Positions 1 through 13,410 of a stretch of DNA of 64,000 bases are shown here, in pieces. The notes beneath the pieces are model-generated. The model saw nothing but the letters and a program-made list of their open reading frames with translations. It was not told the origin of the DNA and ran no database searches. The DNA is taken from positions 434,001 through 498,000 of the forward strand of contig NW_025767401.1 of assembly GCF_003918875.1 (NCBI RefSeq). Reading direction: 5' to 3'. Made by a program: the position numbers and the translations under genes. Source of the DNA: Haliotis rubra (Eukaryota). Position 1 is the stretch's first letter. The number at the start of each line of letters is the position of its first letter.

Positions 1-156
1 CAAATAAAACGTCTTTCAGCTGTCTGTCTACATACAAATGTTTGTCAGGATACTTGTAGATGGCATTATGGGAATAGAAGCTTAAAGACAGATAAGGTAT
101 CAGGCAGCATTGAAACTCTTGAGTGAGTGAGGAAGTGAATGTGTGTGAGCGAACGA

Positions 157-269
157 GTATGGCTTCAGCAATATTTCAGCAATATCTCGAGGGGGGAACA
201 CGTTTAGTTGTACCAACGTGGGAAATGAAACCCGGGCTTCCAGAGTGACGCGTGAACGCCTTGATCACA
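157..269 (-). mobile_element. Degenerate tRNA-derived SINE (same family as 38498-38666)
   Basis: Reverse-complement similarity to the 38498 copy: B-box-like gaaacccggg and the cagcaatatt tail. Confidence 0.55.
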
Positions 270-1115
270 TATAATTCATTACATACAAACTTCTTTGATG
301 GGCATTTTATATACAAATATACAAAGGTAATATTTTTTTTTCAAAACGTCTGGAGTTCTTTTCATTTTTATATATTTTCAGCAGCATTCGCATCTGGATT
401 TACGTACGCTATTGCTCGTAAGTGTTGTAGCTGAAACGGAACCTCTGCAAAACGTCAACCCGGCGAAAACGGAAACTCGCCCGAAGCGAAAGTTTCTCTA
501 CAAAGCATTTCCGATTCAGCTTTTGTCTAAGAAAATGATGATGACTGTGACAGGTAACTATGTGGTTATCTAATATTGTAATGGAATGTACAGTAATGTA
601 AAAATATTTTCAATAGACAATAGAAAAAAATCTGCCCGTTAAAGTATTGTGTTACTACTTTACGCAAGATTGTTATCACAAGTATCGGTTTTATATTGAA
701 TCCTTTACTTCATCAGGGGAGGTATTTGTTGATAGTGCTCAACACTGTTGTTACAAGAAGAGCTACCAGCTGTGATTTTGATGTATTGAATTAAAGCAAT
801 TTATTGTCATTTTTCTCAATCGAGGTACAGGCTGAAGAGAGCATCTTACAAGCACGTGTTTTGTTACATGAAAAAGGAACGGGTGGTAGGGAACACTCAC
901 AAACATCTTTAAAATCAGTGACCTTGTAGCCTGCACCCGTTCACCATGACATATAGCAATTCAACTCTCAATATAGAAAAGAAACCTGTTAACCTGTTAT
1001 AATTCGTCAGTTTCTCTGTTCAGGTAATAACTACATCTTTCAAATTATTACCCAACAGGTGCCCACAGTGATAGAAATATAGTAGAAATAGTTGTGAGGA
1101 TAAACATATCGATGT

Positions 1116-1125
1116 ACCGGAAGTG
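1116..1125 (+). promoter_or_regulatory. ETS/GABP-type motif ACCGGAAGTG upstream of the TRC8 start codon
   Basis: Perfect consensus ~130 bp upstream of the ATG at 1255. Motif match only. Confidence 0.4.
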
Positions 1126-1254
1126 AAATAACCGCTGCTGTGGCTGCGTACTTTCTAAGTTGCGAGGAAACTTTTCCCCAGTTTCTGAGCAACTAGAGAT
1201 ATTTAAGTCTTGAAAAAAGAAAAGAGAGGAGCAAGACCTCCCCATAGATGAAAA

Positions 1255-4200
1255 ATGACATGGCGATCCCGAGTAGAAAGGGTACTAGACGTGGCTCTAC
1301 GCGTCCCTTCCCTGTTCGTCATGGACAGTATTTTTCTGGGGAACTTCCTGAACCTGTTTATCACTTACGATCCAGATATGGCATGGAGAAGCTATATGAT
1401 GTGGTTATTCGGAATGGTCACATGTATGTATTTGCCTAAAATTCATAAATAATCACCCTTTAATTTCAGTACGTGACTAGTCGATCGACATGTAAGCCTT
1501 GTGTATAAATATTCATGTCAGAAATAATTAGAATTGAAAGTAGGCCTAAACCCATATTCTTGAAATACGGCTACTTCTAATCTATGATGTAATGAAATGT
1601 CTTCAGTATTCATAATCTCAATTAAATATTATGGAAGTATGTTACGATTTTCTTACAAGTCTACTCTTTATTTTGCAATTGAAAATTTCTAAATCCAATT
1701 TCAAAAGGGCAAGTAAAGGTTCCTGATTTTTCACCAGCAGAGCAATTTAAATAATGGGGCCAGTGCCCAGTCTACCTGTTGCCACCTCAGATATAAGCGT
1801 CATGCTTTTTCTATCTGCTCCGTTGTTTCATTATAATCACGATTATATCCACATCTTATGCTAAGAACTAATAACAGCTTAGAGTTTCATCCCAAATATC
1901 CTAGATGTAATTGTCAAATATTGTAATGAAACAGAACAGATGAATAATTCAATGAATAATCAATGAACTGTTGAAAAGATCTTGAAGAAGAAATTTGTTT
2001 CTGGCCAAAGTCAATGTTTGTGGCGAAGAAACTTTAAAAACTACTCATATTCTGGAAACTGCTGAGACTTAATGAGCAGATTTGCCATCAAGTGACCTGA
2101 CATAGTGGAGCCTTGACTTACCATGCTTACTCTTGGTGGCTTTTATATCTGCAAGTCATTCTTGTCAAACTTAGTACATCATATTTGTTCAATTTTCCTC
2201 TCACATTTTTTGTAACAAGATATCTTAAGTTTGCCTTGATCCCTATAAATGAAAGACATAGAATATGGCATGTCAAGTCAGATTCCATTTTTTTCTCTTC
2301 GAGCTGACATCGCCACAGGGCAAGTGACTTGCCACAGGGCAAGTGACTTTGAGAAAGTAACTTGTCCTGACTAATTTTCCACTTGCCCTGATTTTATGAA
2401 AATAATCATGATGCTGTAATTATGAAAGAATAAATCAACATCATGATGGTATTTGATGTTAATGTTTACTGGACTATTTATTGAAAAGTGATAAATAGCA
2501 AAAAAAGATAACTCTACTTTATTATCATTGCGAAATTTAATAGCTACATTTTGAGCAGATATGAAATTAAATCCAGCCTATTTTCAGTTTGAAACCATAA
2601 GTGGAAATTATCTAGTAGCCCATGGACAAGTAGGGTACCATTATTTGATTGCCCGAAATGAAAACTGACTTGTCCCGGGCGTCGGGCGATGGGATTTTTT
2701 AACCCCTGTCCTCGCTAAATTGATCTGACCTGGGACCCCTACCCTGTAACACATTATCCCATATCGGGCCTGCTATACACCAAGAATGTCGGAAAATAAC
2801 CTCATGGTCATGTAGATGAACGCACTGTAAACATGGTAAACAAGGTTGCGTACAGCTACCCGCGGTACCGTCACAGCTGACTGATCAACTAAAGCTCGGA
2901 TTTCAGTATGCTTTTATGAGAAGAACAAAATCACTTATGACACTTTTTGTGCATAAATGTGTACTTCGTTTGACCGTTTAACACATATAAAGAAGTGCAT
3001 TTATGTGACATATCTCATTTAATGACATTTGTCTCCACAAAACCACTGCATATATTCGTGAGTACAAGTAAGTCTTTCCCTTGGCTTGAAAAATGTCTCC
3101 TTATCTGGGTTCTGTCTTCACGAGGTAATAGTGTCCACTATACATGTATTTAAGTCTAACTCCTACCCTTGACATTTGAAGCGTACTTTTCTTTGCTTGA
3201 TCAAGATCCTGTGTAGAACATGAGTGGTGTCCCTTGTGATGAAACTGGGACATCAAATCTGATTGTTGTTCTTATTTTGAATGAGTGGCTGCCATAGCAG
3301 ACGACCTGGTTGATCACTAAATGGAACAATTTGAGACTTTATCCTTTATAAACTCAAAATAAGAGATTACCACAGCCAATGATACCTGTTATATTGAGCT
3401 TGTACAATAACAAAAGCCTCCTGACTTGTAAGACTGCTCAGTATAAGGTATTACTGCCCGTCCTTGCAAGATGCTCAGCTGGGGGTCATCTAAGCATTCA
3501 GTTGTGTTCTAGAAAAGAAGTTTGCGGTCTAATCTATAGTTCTCATGTTTTAGCACAGAAAATGACCTTCAAATGGCTATTGCAGAGCTACAGATAACTT
3601 TTGGGTCATTGAGTTGTGTACTCACTTGTGTTCATCTGAACTGGGTACCCTAATTTTCCTTTTTAGTAACCAAATAAATTGTTCTGACCTCACTCAAACT
3701 CAATGGGTATTTTGCCATTTTCCATTAATTTAAAAAAGTATAAAAAAGTTTAAATGTTAGTGTTTGTTATTTATATTTGATCTGTAATATGAGAAATGAT
3801 AAGAATGACTGCAAGTTGCCAAGTTCATGTTCTGAAATAGAACCTCTCAATATACCTCAGTTATTTTATCTATCCACCGGTACGCAAGCTAAGATTTGAC
3901 ATTTTTTTGTGTACGCATGTAAGATCAAAGTTAGTGGGTATTTACAAAAATTCAAGGGTACTTATGCACAATAGACTTAATAGAAATTGAGTTTTCACAT
4001 AAATATTTGCTTAATTTACGCAGCTACGCAGCTTATCTGTACCTCTGGCTATTGTAAAAATGGACTCGTATATAGACAAGTGGACACTCTTTCTTGGAGA
4101 AGATGGGGATTTCAGATTAGACTATATTTTTTGACACTGATGGATTTATATAATGAAAATCATTAACTGTTCTTCCCCTTCCTAAGGTTTCTTCTCTTCG

Positions 4201-6053
4201 TGCCTGATGTTCTGCCTGGATCTGAAGCAGCTGCTGGAGGTGTACAGCTACCTCATCTCCTTCGGGGCGCTCCTCCTGTCCCACTGGCTCAACATGGCAT
4301 ATGTCCTGGATGTCTTCACTACCGAGATGGAGAAGTATGCCTACACCGGCCCCCGCAGCATGCTCCATCTGCTGACTGACGACCCCTACAGCCTCATCGC
4401 CAACTTCATGTTCCAGATCAGTTTGTCTCATCTCTTCATCGTGTTACGCACAAGTCGCTACTCGTATAGACAGATTGAAAATAACAACAGTATGCAGTTT
4501 CTATTAAGACTGAGTATATACCTATCACTGGTAGCTCCGCTGTGTCTAAGAGCCTTCTATTGTGACTCTCATCTGTTTTTATGGTCTCCATTCCTTTCAC
4601 TGTCCATACCAGTATTGCAGCTGGTGTCCGATCTTTATAACTCACTGTATTTTATAGTTGTCACATTGAAACGTGCATACTATATAGCAACAGTAGCAGT
4701 TCAGGCTGAAGGTATTCAGGCATTTTTAGAACATCATTGGCAAAGGATTCATGTTCCTGATGTGCTTCGAGTGTTTTTTATCATCAGACTTGTTCATCAA
4801 ATACTGGTTCATATAGTCAGTAGTGTCTATGACAGTTACATAGAAACTGGGGTACTGTCATATTTCCAATGGGATCTCTCGTCAAGTCTATGGCAGCAGT
4901 TGCTCGTGAGGAGTTGTGAGACAAACGTAGCGCTACTGGGACTAACTAGTGTTGTGTCTCTGATGACTCATTACATAGGAATGTTCATGGCTGCTTGTGT
5001 AGGATCGGAAACTGAAGAGGATCGGAACATGGGCACAGTGGCAGCCATTTTGTTTTTTATATTAGCCCTTCAAACGGGACTGACGAGTCTAGATCCTGAG
5101 AAAAGATTACTGCGACTGTATAGAAACTTCTGCCTTTTATCAACAGCAATTTTACATTTTGTTCACAACATGGTGAATCCTTTACTGATGTCTCTGAGTG
5201 CATCTCGGAGTACAAATGTTGTGCGGCATTTACGAGCATTAGGAATGTGTGTGTTTCTTATAGTGTTTCCTGTGTGGCTGTTGACATTCCTGTGGACCCA
5301 TCATAATGCAAGTACATGGCTACTAGCTGTTACTGCATTTAGTATAGAAGTTATCATCAAAGTTTTTATATCATTGCTTGTTTATTTATTATTTATGATT
5401 GATGCATATCGTGATTCCTTCTGGGAGAAGTTGGACGATTATGTGTATTTTGTTCAGTCCACAGGAAATACAATAGAATTCCTGTTTGGAATTTTCTTAT
5501 TTTGCAATGGTGCATGGATTATGGTGTTTGAATCCGGCGGTGCAATAAGAGCCGTGATGATGTGCATCCATGCATACTTCAACATCTGGGTGCAAGCAAA
5601 GGAGGGATGGAAGGTGTTTATAAAGAGGAGGACAGCTGTAAATAAAATCAACTCTTTACCGGTGGCGACACAGGAACAGTTAGAAAGTGTCAATGATGTG
5701 TGTGCTATATGTTATCAAGATTTGACCAGTGCTCGTGTTACGGCTGTCAACATTTTTTCCATGGTGTGTGTTTAAGAAAATGGCTTTACGTGCAAGATAA
5801 CTGTCCTCTTTGTCATGAGCTGATCTACAAGCCAGAAGGGGAGACAATAACGTCTCCAATTGTGGCCGAGGTTTGGGAGAACCACGTGAACAGGGCACGT
5901 GCACAGGTGGTGCATCGCTTCCAGCCACACCCCAACCAAATCCACCTGGCGGGTCCCCAGCAGCCACAACCTCAGCCCTTCCCCCTCCAGAACCATGTGG
6001 CACCACCCCAACAAGCCCCAGCTCAGAGAGTGATGCATCCTCACCAGGAATAG
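1255..6053 (+). CDS. RNF139: TRC8/RNF139-like sterol-sensing ER membrane RING-H2 E3 ubiquitin ligase; exons 1255-1423 and 4187-6053; 1-nt frameshift near 5743
   Basis: Exon 1 encodes LDVALRVPSLFVMDSI, matching the TRC8 N-terminus. The GT donor at 1424 and AG acceptor at 4185-4186 join in phase 1 (T|GT TTC TTC). Exon 2 has the TRC8 hallmarks FFILALQTGL, WEKLDDYVY, MMCIHAYFNIW and RRTAVNKINSLP, then RING-H2 CAICYQDL...CQHFFHGVCLRKWLYVQDNCPLCH, whose second half is in the 5700-6053 frame. Confidence 0.93.
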
Positions 6054-7683
6054 AAGTGGCCGGTGGGTCAGGTGCATCTTCGTATAGTCTCATAGATATT
6101 CCGTTATCATTAAAAACGTATTCAGTTACATATGATTCCAGACTTAGGTATCAAATTGTTTATGTTGCAGTTTATCCCACAAATGTTTCAACTATAAACA
6201 GTCTTGTAGGATTTGAGTAGACAGGTCTGATCATAATACCATGGAATAATTGCCTGAGGAAGGTGCAAGAATCGTCTGAGAATTACAAACCCTTCTCTGA
6301 CATGCATATGTCGAGTTCTAACAGAGAACAAGCATGACTACCATGGTGATTGTGTTTACAGTGGAACCACACAAATTTTCAATGTTCGGGAGTAGAAATT
6401 AATCCTGGCTTGCTGGACTAAGGCAAAAAATAGTTGAAAGGTTTCAAAGAAGGTAGATGGAAATAGCCAGAGGATAGAAGTAAAGTCCTTGAGAAAGTGA
6501 TATTGCATCTTCCCATTGAAGGTATTTAACAACTGATCCTGTGCATCGTGAATGATCACACAGTCGCAAGCATATTCAAAACTTTATTGGCCAGCTCCCA
6601 CTTGCATCTGATTAATCAAAACAAAAACGTAGTGGATAATTCATGCTCAAAAGGGCTTATGTATTTGCATTGTTTTCAAAGTCATTGTATAAATCGACAT
6701 GTACAACAGACCTTTTCACATGTCAATACTTTATTCAATGTCTGTTTTTCTGTCTGTGTATGTCATACTAGACCTAATACTGCAACTGAGGAATTACAAA
6801 TTGGTTAGTTTTAGCAGGAACACCCATTGCCCTGCTACCATGCATACATTGACGTAAAGGGAGGGTCATTGAAAAGCTGTCCAAACTGTGTAAAGCCCTG
6901 GTCTCCGCCCCGTATTACGCACAGGATTCAACATAAAGGTAATTCAAGGGATTTCAGCAATATCTGGTTTCTTATGTTGCTAGACTTGTGCTGCACTCGG
7001 TACTCATGTCTACAGAGACACTATGGAAACTACAAACAGTTTTTGTATATTTTGGCAAGTTCCATGTTTACAAAGAAATCAGGAGTCAGTCAAGTCAATG
7101 TAGTGGTGTCTTCTCAGCTATTGTCCCACGTTCAGGGTCTTGTAGCCTTTAGTTTGCCCAGTATTACATACAGCTTCAGTGCTGTGTATGGTCATGCAGG
7201 TTACCATGGCTACCAGAATGGAATGGACCAATGGACTGGCACAGCATACACGCTTGCCTGACAGATATCTATGTCATGTATACTGGTTCCATGGAGGGTT
7301 GTCCTTTCACCCACTGAAGGCAACAAGCCGTCGTCACTGCATGTACTTGCCCATGGAACACAGAACAAGTAGTTTGTTTCTCGTTCCTGTCTCTTCTTTT
7401 CCATTTCCTCTTTGACAAAGCCTTCCCAGTGCCATGGCTGTCATGATAACCATGCTTTGGTTAGTTGCATGATAAAACTAACCCTTGTGGTTTATAGAAG
7501 GCCCTTCCCATGTTTCATTGTGGGATGTATTCAAGTGATGTGGAAGGCTTAACAATAACTAAAATTCCAGTTGCATGCAAGCCCTAGCAATAACTAAAGG
7601 TATATATGCTATCAAATATTTCAGTGACATGTAAAGTATGTAAAGGTAAATATGCTATCAAATATTCCAGTGAAATGCTAGCT

Positions 7684-7872
7684 GTTTCAAATGGCTATTA
7701 TTGGTTTGTATTATTAGGGGGTAAGCATGGTAAGTGCAGTAGTTGGAACAGTAAAACAAATGCACGTGCGATACGTGATGAGCGTTAACTTAGACCAACC
7801 CTGCTTTTTCTCGGTGTTTCATTTAACGTGTAAACCCCCTTTTAATACAAACCAATCATAGCGATTTGAAAC
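7684..7872. mobile_element. Small MITE-like element with ~38-bp imperfect terminal inverted repeats
   Basis: gtttcaaatggctattattggtttgtatta...ggggg at the left end is inverted as ccccc...taatacaaaccaatcatagcgatttgaaac at the right end. Confidence 0.5.
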
Positions 7873-10800
7873 TCTGATCGTTTGTTAAACAACTTTCTAA
7901 GTTGAATAAAATTCTAAGATTTAAATGTTCAATTGGCAAGGTTAGCAATCTTAATTTCACTTTATTCGATTTACTTTCTAGTTAAAAGTGAAATTCATCG
8001 GTACGTTTTCACTGCAAACAGACTATATGTATGCTATCAAATAATCCATTGATATGGAAGCCCTAACAATAACTAAAGGTTAATATCCTATTCATCAATT
8101 ATTACCCCAACAGCACATTACCAAGGACACATTTCATAGTTTAAGTTGAGTCCTAAGGCCCAAATCCCAGTCAGTTTCTTTTTATGGCAGTCGTTTTCTA
8201 TTAACTCACTTACAAACAGAAACCTTCATTGCAGTCTTGTGGTCTCTATGTACTGCAGCTACTAGAAATATCCAGTTAAAGGGAGACAACTCCATGATCT
8301 CGTTGCCATTTTCTGTCATATGTATTGTGTTTAGTTCCATGTATGATCATTTTGTTTAAGAGAACCATGGCAAGACAGAACAATCCATCAACAGGTCAGT
8401 TCTGCCCGATATCTTGCAGATAACAAGACACAGATTGGAATCCACAGCATTTTATGTTCTTAAAAAACTTTGGGGATGGGGGTGTTAATTAGAAAAATGT
8501 ATTTCCTGAAGTACTTCATGAATCAGGAATTAAGTTCTTAGGCCTAACAATAATGTTGTGGTCAACTTGAAAGAAGAGAGATAGCACCTTAGATTATAGT
8601 ATGTGATGTAACTAGAACCATACAAGACTACATGGGGGAGGACTTGGTGCCAAATTGATGCTTGTTGGTTTCATCAAAACTTTATAGACTTAGCTTTCTC
8701 TACATTTGGTTTGTTTGGTATCCTGTGACAACCTTAATGTTGATTATAAATATTAACAAACATTTCTTATGGGGCTCAGTGTCATACAGGTCTAAGTATG
8801 GAGACCACATGCAACATAATGTCATCAAAACTGCAGATGGGTCTTCTCAAAAGAGACTGAAACACAATACTGGCGAGTTAATTTCTCTAAAACAAGTTTA
8901 ACAAGAAGGAAACAAAATCAGTGATTGTCCTTTACTTGATCCCATCTATGTTAATGTTAGTTGAGTTCTTGCATGTAAACAGATTATTACACTCGAGCAA
9001 ATGTGTCATATGACTTATACGAAATGAGTGTGAAATTTTGTATTACCCAAGCAAGAGCTCGGGCAGTACATAATTTTGCACATTTTGTGTATTAGTCATA
9101 TGACACACTTGTTCGAGTGTAATGATTTCTTCATTATCAATTTTATTCATGTACATTTGTGCAGTAAAACATGGTAGGCAAGTGTGACGGCCCTCTTCAT
9201 TGCTGTCACGTTCTATACAGCAACAATGGTTGCTGGCCAAAAGTGATATGTACACATTGATATATACGACACTGGTTATGTTTCACCATATGGGTAACAA
9301 AGCAACATATTGTTCGTTTCTGGAATTAACTTTCATCAAGTTTGAAAGTGCTGACATGTTTAATGCCTAAGTGAAAATAGACGTGTGATATTAATTTCAA
9401 ATTAGATTTCAGCTCATTAAGCATGTGAAGTTGTGCACATTGACCTATCTCCCCATAAACTAAGTGATGGAGTTGTGGTGACAGCCATGCCATCCCTGAT
9501 ATATGCAGAAATATTTTGCACTGAGGACATGTAAATATTTTAATGATAAACAAATTAGTTAAATAACATGATGCATGCATATAACCAAATGCCAAACACT
9601 GCATAGTGTGTATTGAATATTTTTTTAGATGCATTGTATTGATATTCAATGTAGCAACATGAGAGTGTATTAATATTTGATTACTTGTAGGGGATGGAGC
9701 ATTATCATAAAGCATATGCATTTGTCCGAGACAAAAATAAATTTGTGGTGGCCATTTATGTTCAGAGTCTAAGTGGTGTGTGCTTGTCGAGACAAAGGAA
9801 CTGTCAAATAGTAAGCTTAGAGAGACCTGGGTGTATACAATGAATAATTTGTTTTTTAGATACGAGTGATTGAACCTACATTGCTGAAGGAAATAGGATG
9901 TTACACTTGACTCTGACGTTCTGTACTGATTTGACACTGGTCAAGTTGGTCCTGACAGTGAATCAGTTTGTATGCGATCATAGTATCTCCACATGGCTTA
10001 CTGAGGAAGTGTTCATGTTCTTGTCTCAATCCATTATGTGAGAAATATGTTGTATAGAAATCTTCAACCAATAGAGGCATACATGAACAGGAACATTACT
10101 AAAAGATCATGATAGAAAAAACACTTCAGCTTCAGGGACTGAACACAGAATTTAAAAGCGAACGGTTGACATTACCAAAGCTGAGTCAACAAAACTCACA
10201 TGGAGGGATTAACTTTGGTTGATACGCATGCAATCTGGGAAGAGGGAGTGTATTTCCCCTCTGATTCTACCACTGACTTTGTGTTCACCAGTTAGTGTAA
10301 TTCAGTGATCTCCCTTTTCAATTAGATTGAGAGTTATCGCCCATTTCCTTAGTGTTTACTGAGGGTTGTGTTACCAGGCTAATCGAGCCTCTCTGTTAGC
10401 TTCCTTCTCAGGACTTAGCATGTGTGTCCTGATGTTTTTTTGAAAGCTTTAGATCCAGATATAGTTCAGATATAAATATCAGCTGTTATTATTCAGCTGT
10501 ACTGTTTTGAAAACGCCAAAGAATATTACTTGAGGCATAACATTCCGTACTCCATGCATCATACCTGTCTCAGTATCATTGTGATGTCTGCTCTTTCTGT
10601 TTGAATCTATGAAGCAACCGAAAGCAATATTTTGTTTATTCAATCCAGATTTCTAAATCCAGTTTATGTACACCCATATTTTCATGTACATTTCAATATT
10701 AGCCCAGAAGAAAGTTCAATAAAAATAGTGTGTCATCTCATCTTGCTTGACTGCAGTATGTTTTCTTAAAGTACACTTAATACACAGGATAGTAACGTCT

Positions 10801-12206
10801 CTGAAGACAGATACATGAAGTAGATCCGTGTAGATGAAGATGTAACCGTACAAGTAGTAATCCTGAACATTTGTGGCACTAAACTGCCTGACCAATCAAC
10901 TAGATGCCCAATCAACTAAACAATACTGAGCTGCACAAAATTATTGTTCAACCTGCGCAAGCTTATTTGTAGATAAACTACAAAATGAATGTGGCTACTG
11001 ATGCTGGGAGAATGAAAACACTGGTCAGATGAGGCTGATATTAGCTGACCGTGGATGAGTATATCAGAGAAATCACCACTTTAGAAGGTATCACTAGAAC
11101 ATTTTCCTAAGTGTGTATAGATCCAGGTCCATGCATCCTGTATGTTAGACATCCAGTTTGTAGGAAGGAACAGCTTCAAATGTTTCACTGGATGGTTTTA
11201 TGCAATGTGATGAGAGTAGTTTAGAGACGTGTTCAGAGGACCTTCCATTCAGATGTAATATGTGACGTCTGCACTGGTTTTTGTGAATGCATGTTTCCCT
11301 GGGATTGTAAATGTTGTTGATGACTGGTAAATGAGATGGAACAAGCCACTTCTCATGCTCATCTGTGATATATGTACATCTAGAGTGTTGTTAATATAAC
11401 ATTTTGTTACGAGTTAAAACTTTTCAATTTGATAATTTGTACACAGGATTGTATATGTCATCGCTTTGATTTATCCAGTGATAAAATAATTTATCAAGAA
11501 AATATTTGTAATAAATATTACTTCTTTAGAAAATGTGTTTGTTATGAACATGAAGTATTTGTTCAGTGCTGTATCAAATCAAGAATACAAAAAGGAAATG
11601 TCAGCAATATACAGATATACCACCCATACGAAAACTGCAAGACTCATTGATAGCTAATGAGTGGCTGTCTGCATGAGCAACAATCCCTCAGGCTGACAGA
11701 ATCAAGCAGGTCACACTGCAAGCACATAATCACAACCAAGGGGAGATGTTCAACCTATTCTGCACCAAATATGCCCACAAAGGAACCACAAGATGATGTC
11801 AAAAACTTCTTTTGGAAAAGTAATGAAGACATTGTGTACTGAATAGAGCATGCTTGTAACTTGCAGTAGGACATACAGATGATAAAATGATTCCAATTTA
11901 TGTCATTCTGAAACCATACAACGAAATGAAACCAGCCGTGATCAGGAAAAACAGATGTGCCATTAATATCAGCCCAAACCTGACTGTGCACTGATTGTCA
12001 AAGGAGTTGCTTTTCAACAAATGATTGCTGATTCCTTTGGACGGGATTTTGCCATATGTACTATTACTATGTGCTTCTTCTGATGATTTATGTATGTGAG
12101 TTCAAACCAGATACTTTCCTTGAAGTGTCTTCAGTTGGTCGTGTGTAAAGTACATCAATGAATACAAACAACATGATTTATTTTGTGATGTCATGTACAA
12201 ATGTCA

Positions 12207-13253
12207 AACAAGAAGACAAAGTCATCAATATCCCCCGCAATGGCAAAATACTCTTCATGATTATGTCTACGAGGTATGACTATGTCAAATATTTAGGTGT
12301 GTATTATAGAAAAGTGGAAGGAGAGTATTGAAAGGTTTTTAAAGTTCTGCTCCAGAAAGGAGCACTATCACCAATTCCAAAACTACCAAAAAGGAACCAG
12401 TACACCACTAGACTAATCTATGTGTCCAGTTTGGTGAAGAAATAGTGAACGGTTTTAGAGTTCTGCTCCAGAAAAGAGCACTACCACCAATTTCAGGCTA
12501 AGTCAACTTGTTGCCATGGAAACGCCAAAAATATTTTATTCACAATTCAAAACTACCAAAAGGCACCAGTGCACCAACAGACCAATCTATGTGCCAAGTT
12601 TAGTGAAGAAATAGTGAACGGTTTTAGAGTTCACCTCCGGAAAAGAGCACAACCACTAATTTCAGGCTAAGTCAAATTTGTTGCCATGGTGCCACGGAAA
12701 TGCCAAAAATATTTTATTCAGAATTCCAAAACTACCAAAAGGCACCAGTACACCACCAGATCTATGTATGTGCCAAGTTTGGTAAAGAAATAGTGAACGG
12801 TTTTAGAGTTCTGCTCAGGAAAAGTGCACTACCACCACTTTTAGGCTAAGTCAAACTTTTTGCCATGGAAACGCCAAAAATGTTTTATTCAGAATTCCAA
12901 AACTACCAAAAGGCACCAGTACACCACCAGATCTATGTATGTGCCAAGTTTGGTAAAGAAATAGTGAACGGTTTTAGAGTTCTGCTCCGGAAAAGTGCAC
13001 TACCACCAATTTCAGGCTAAGTCAAACTTGTTGCCACAGAAACGCCAAAAATATTTTATTCAGAATTCCAAAACTACCAAAAGGCACCAGTTCACCACCA
13101 GATCTATCTATGTGCCAAGTTTGGTGAAGAAATATTGAACGGTTTTAGAGTTCTGCGCCGGAAAAGACAAATGTGCACGGACGGACGGACGGGGGCACAC
13201 ACACGGACGGAGTCCATTTTAATACCCCTCGCAAAACGCGTTGCGGGGGATAA
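12207..13253 (-). mobile_element. Helentron-associated non-autonomous element (HINE/DINE-1-like) with ~5 tandem ~170-bp units
   Basis: Subterminal IRs (atcccccgc / gcgggggat), terminal hairpin cgcaaaacgcgttgcg and a (GGAC)n microsatellite. The unit motif ctaccaaaaggcaccagt recurs at ~12553, 12732, 12903 and 13073. A second copy lies at 56353-56896. Confidence 0.8.
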
Positions 13254-13410
13254 TAAATAACAGTTTCAAGTTAATACAAATAAATAGCCAGTGATGTTTG
13301 GGAAAACTAGAAGTCTCAAACACTCAATCCAGTATTCACTGAGCCAGCCAGTAATACACCTGGAAGAGACACTTGAAGAGGGATCTTTGATTCAACAATT
13401 CTAGCATCAC

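Noticed and set aside
6356-11991. Several 60-200-aa ORFs (e.g. 9326-9937)
   Set aside because: No motifs or splice support, and composition looks random. The region is probably 3' UTR or intergenic between the convergent genes (AATAAA at 11510-11515).
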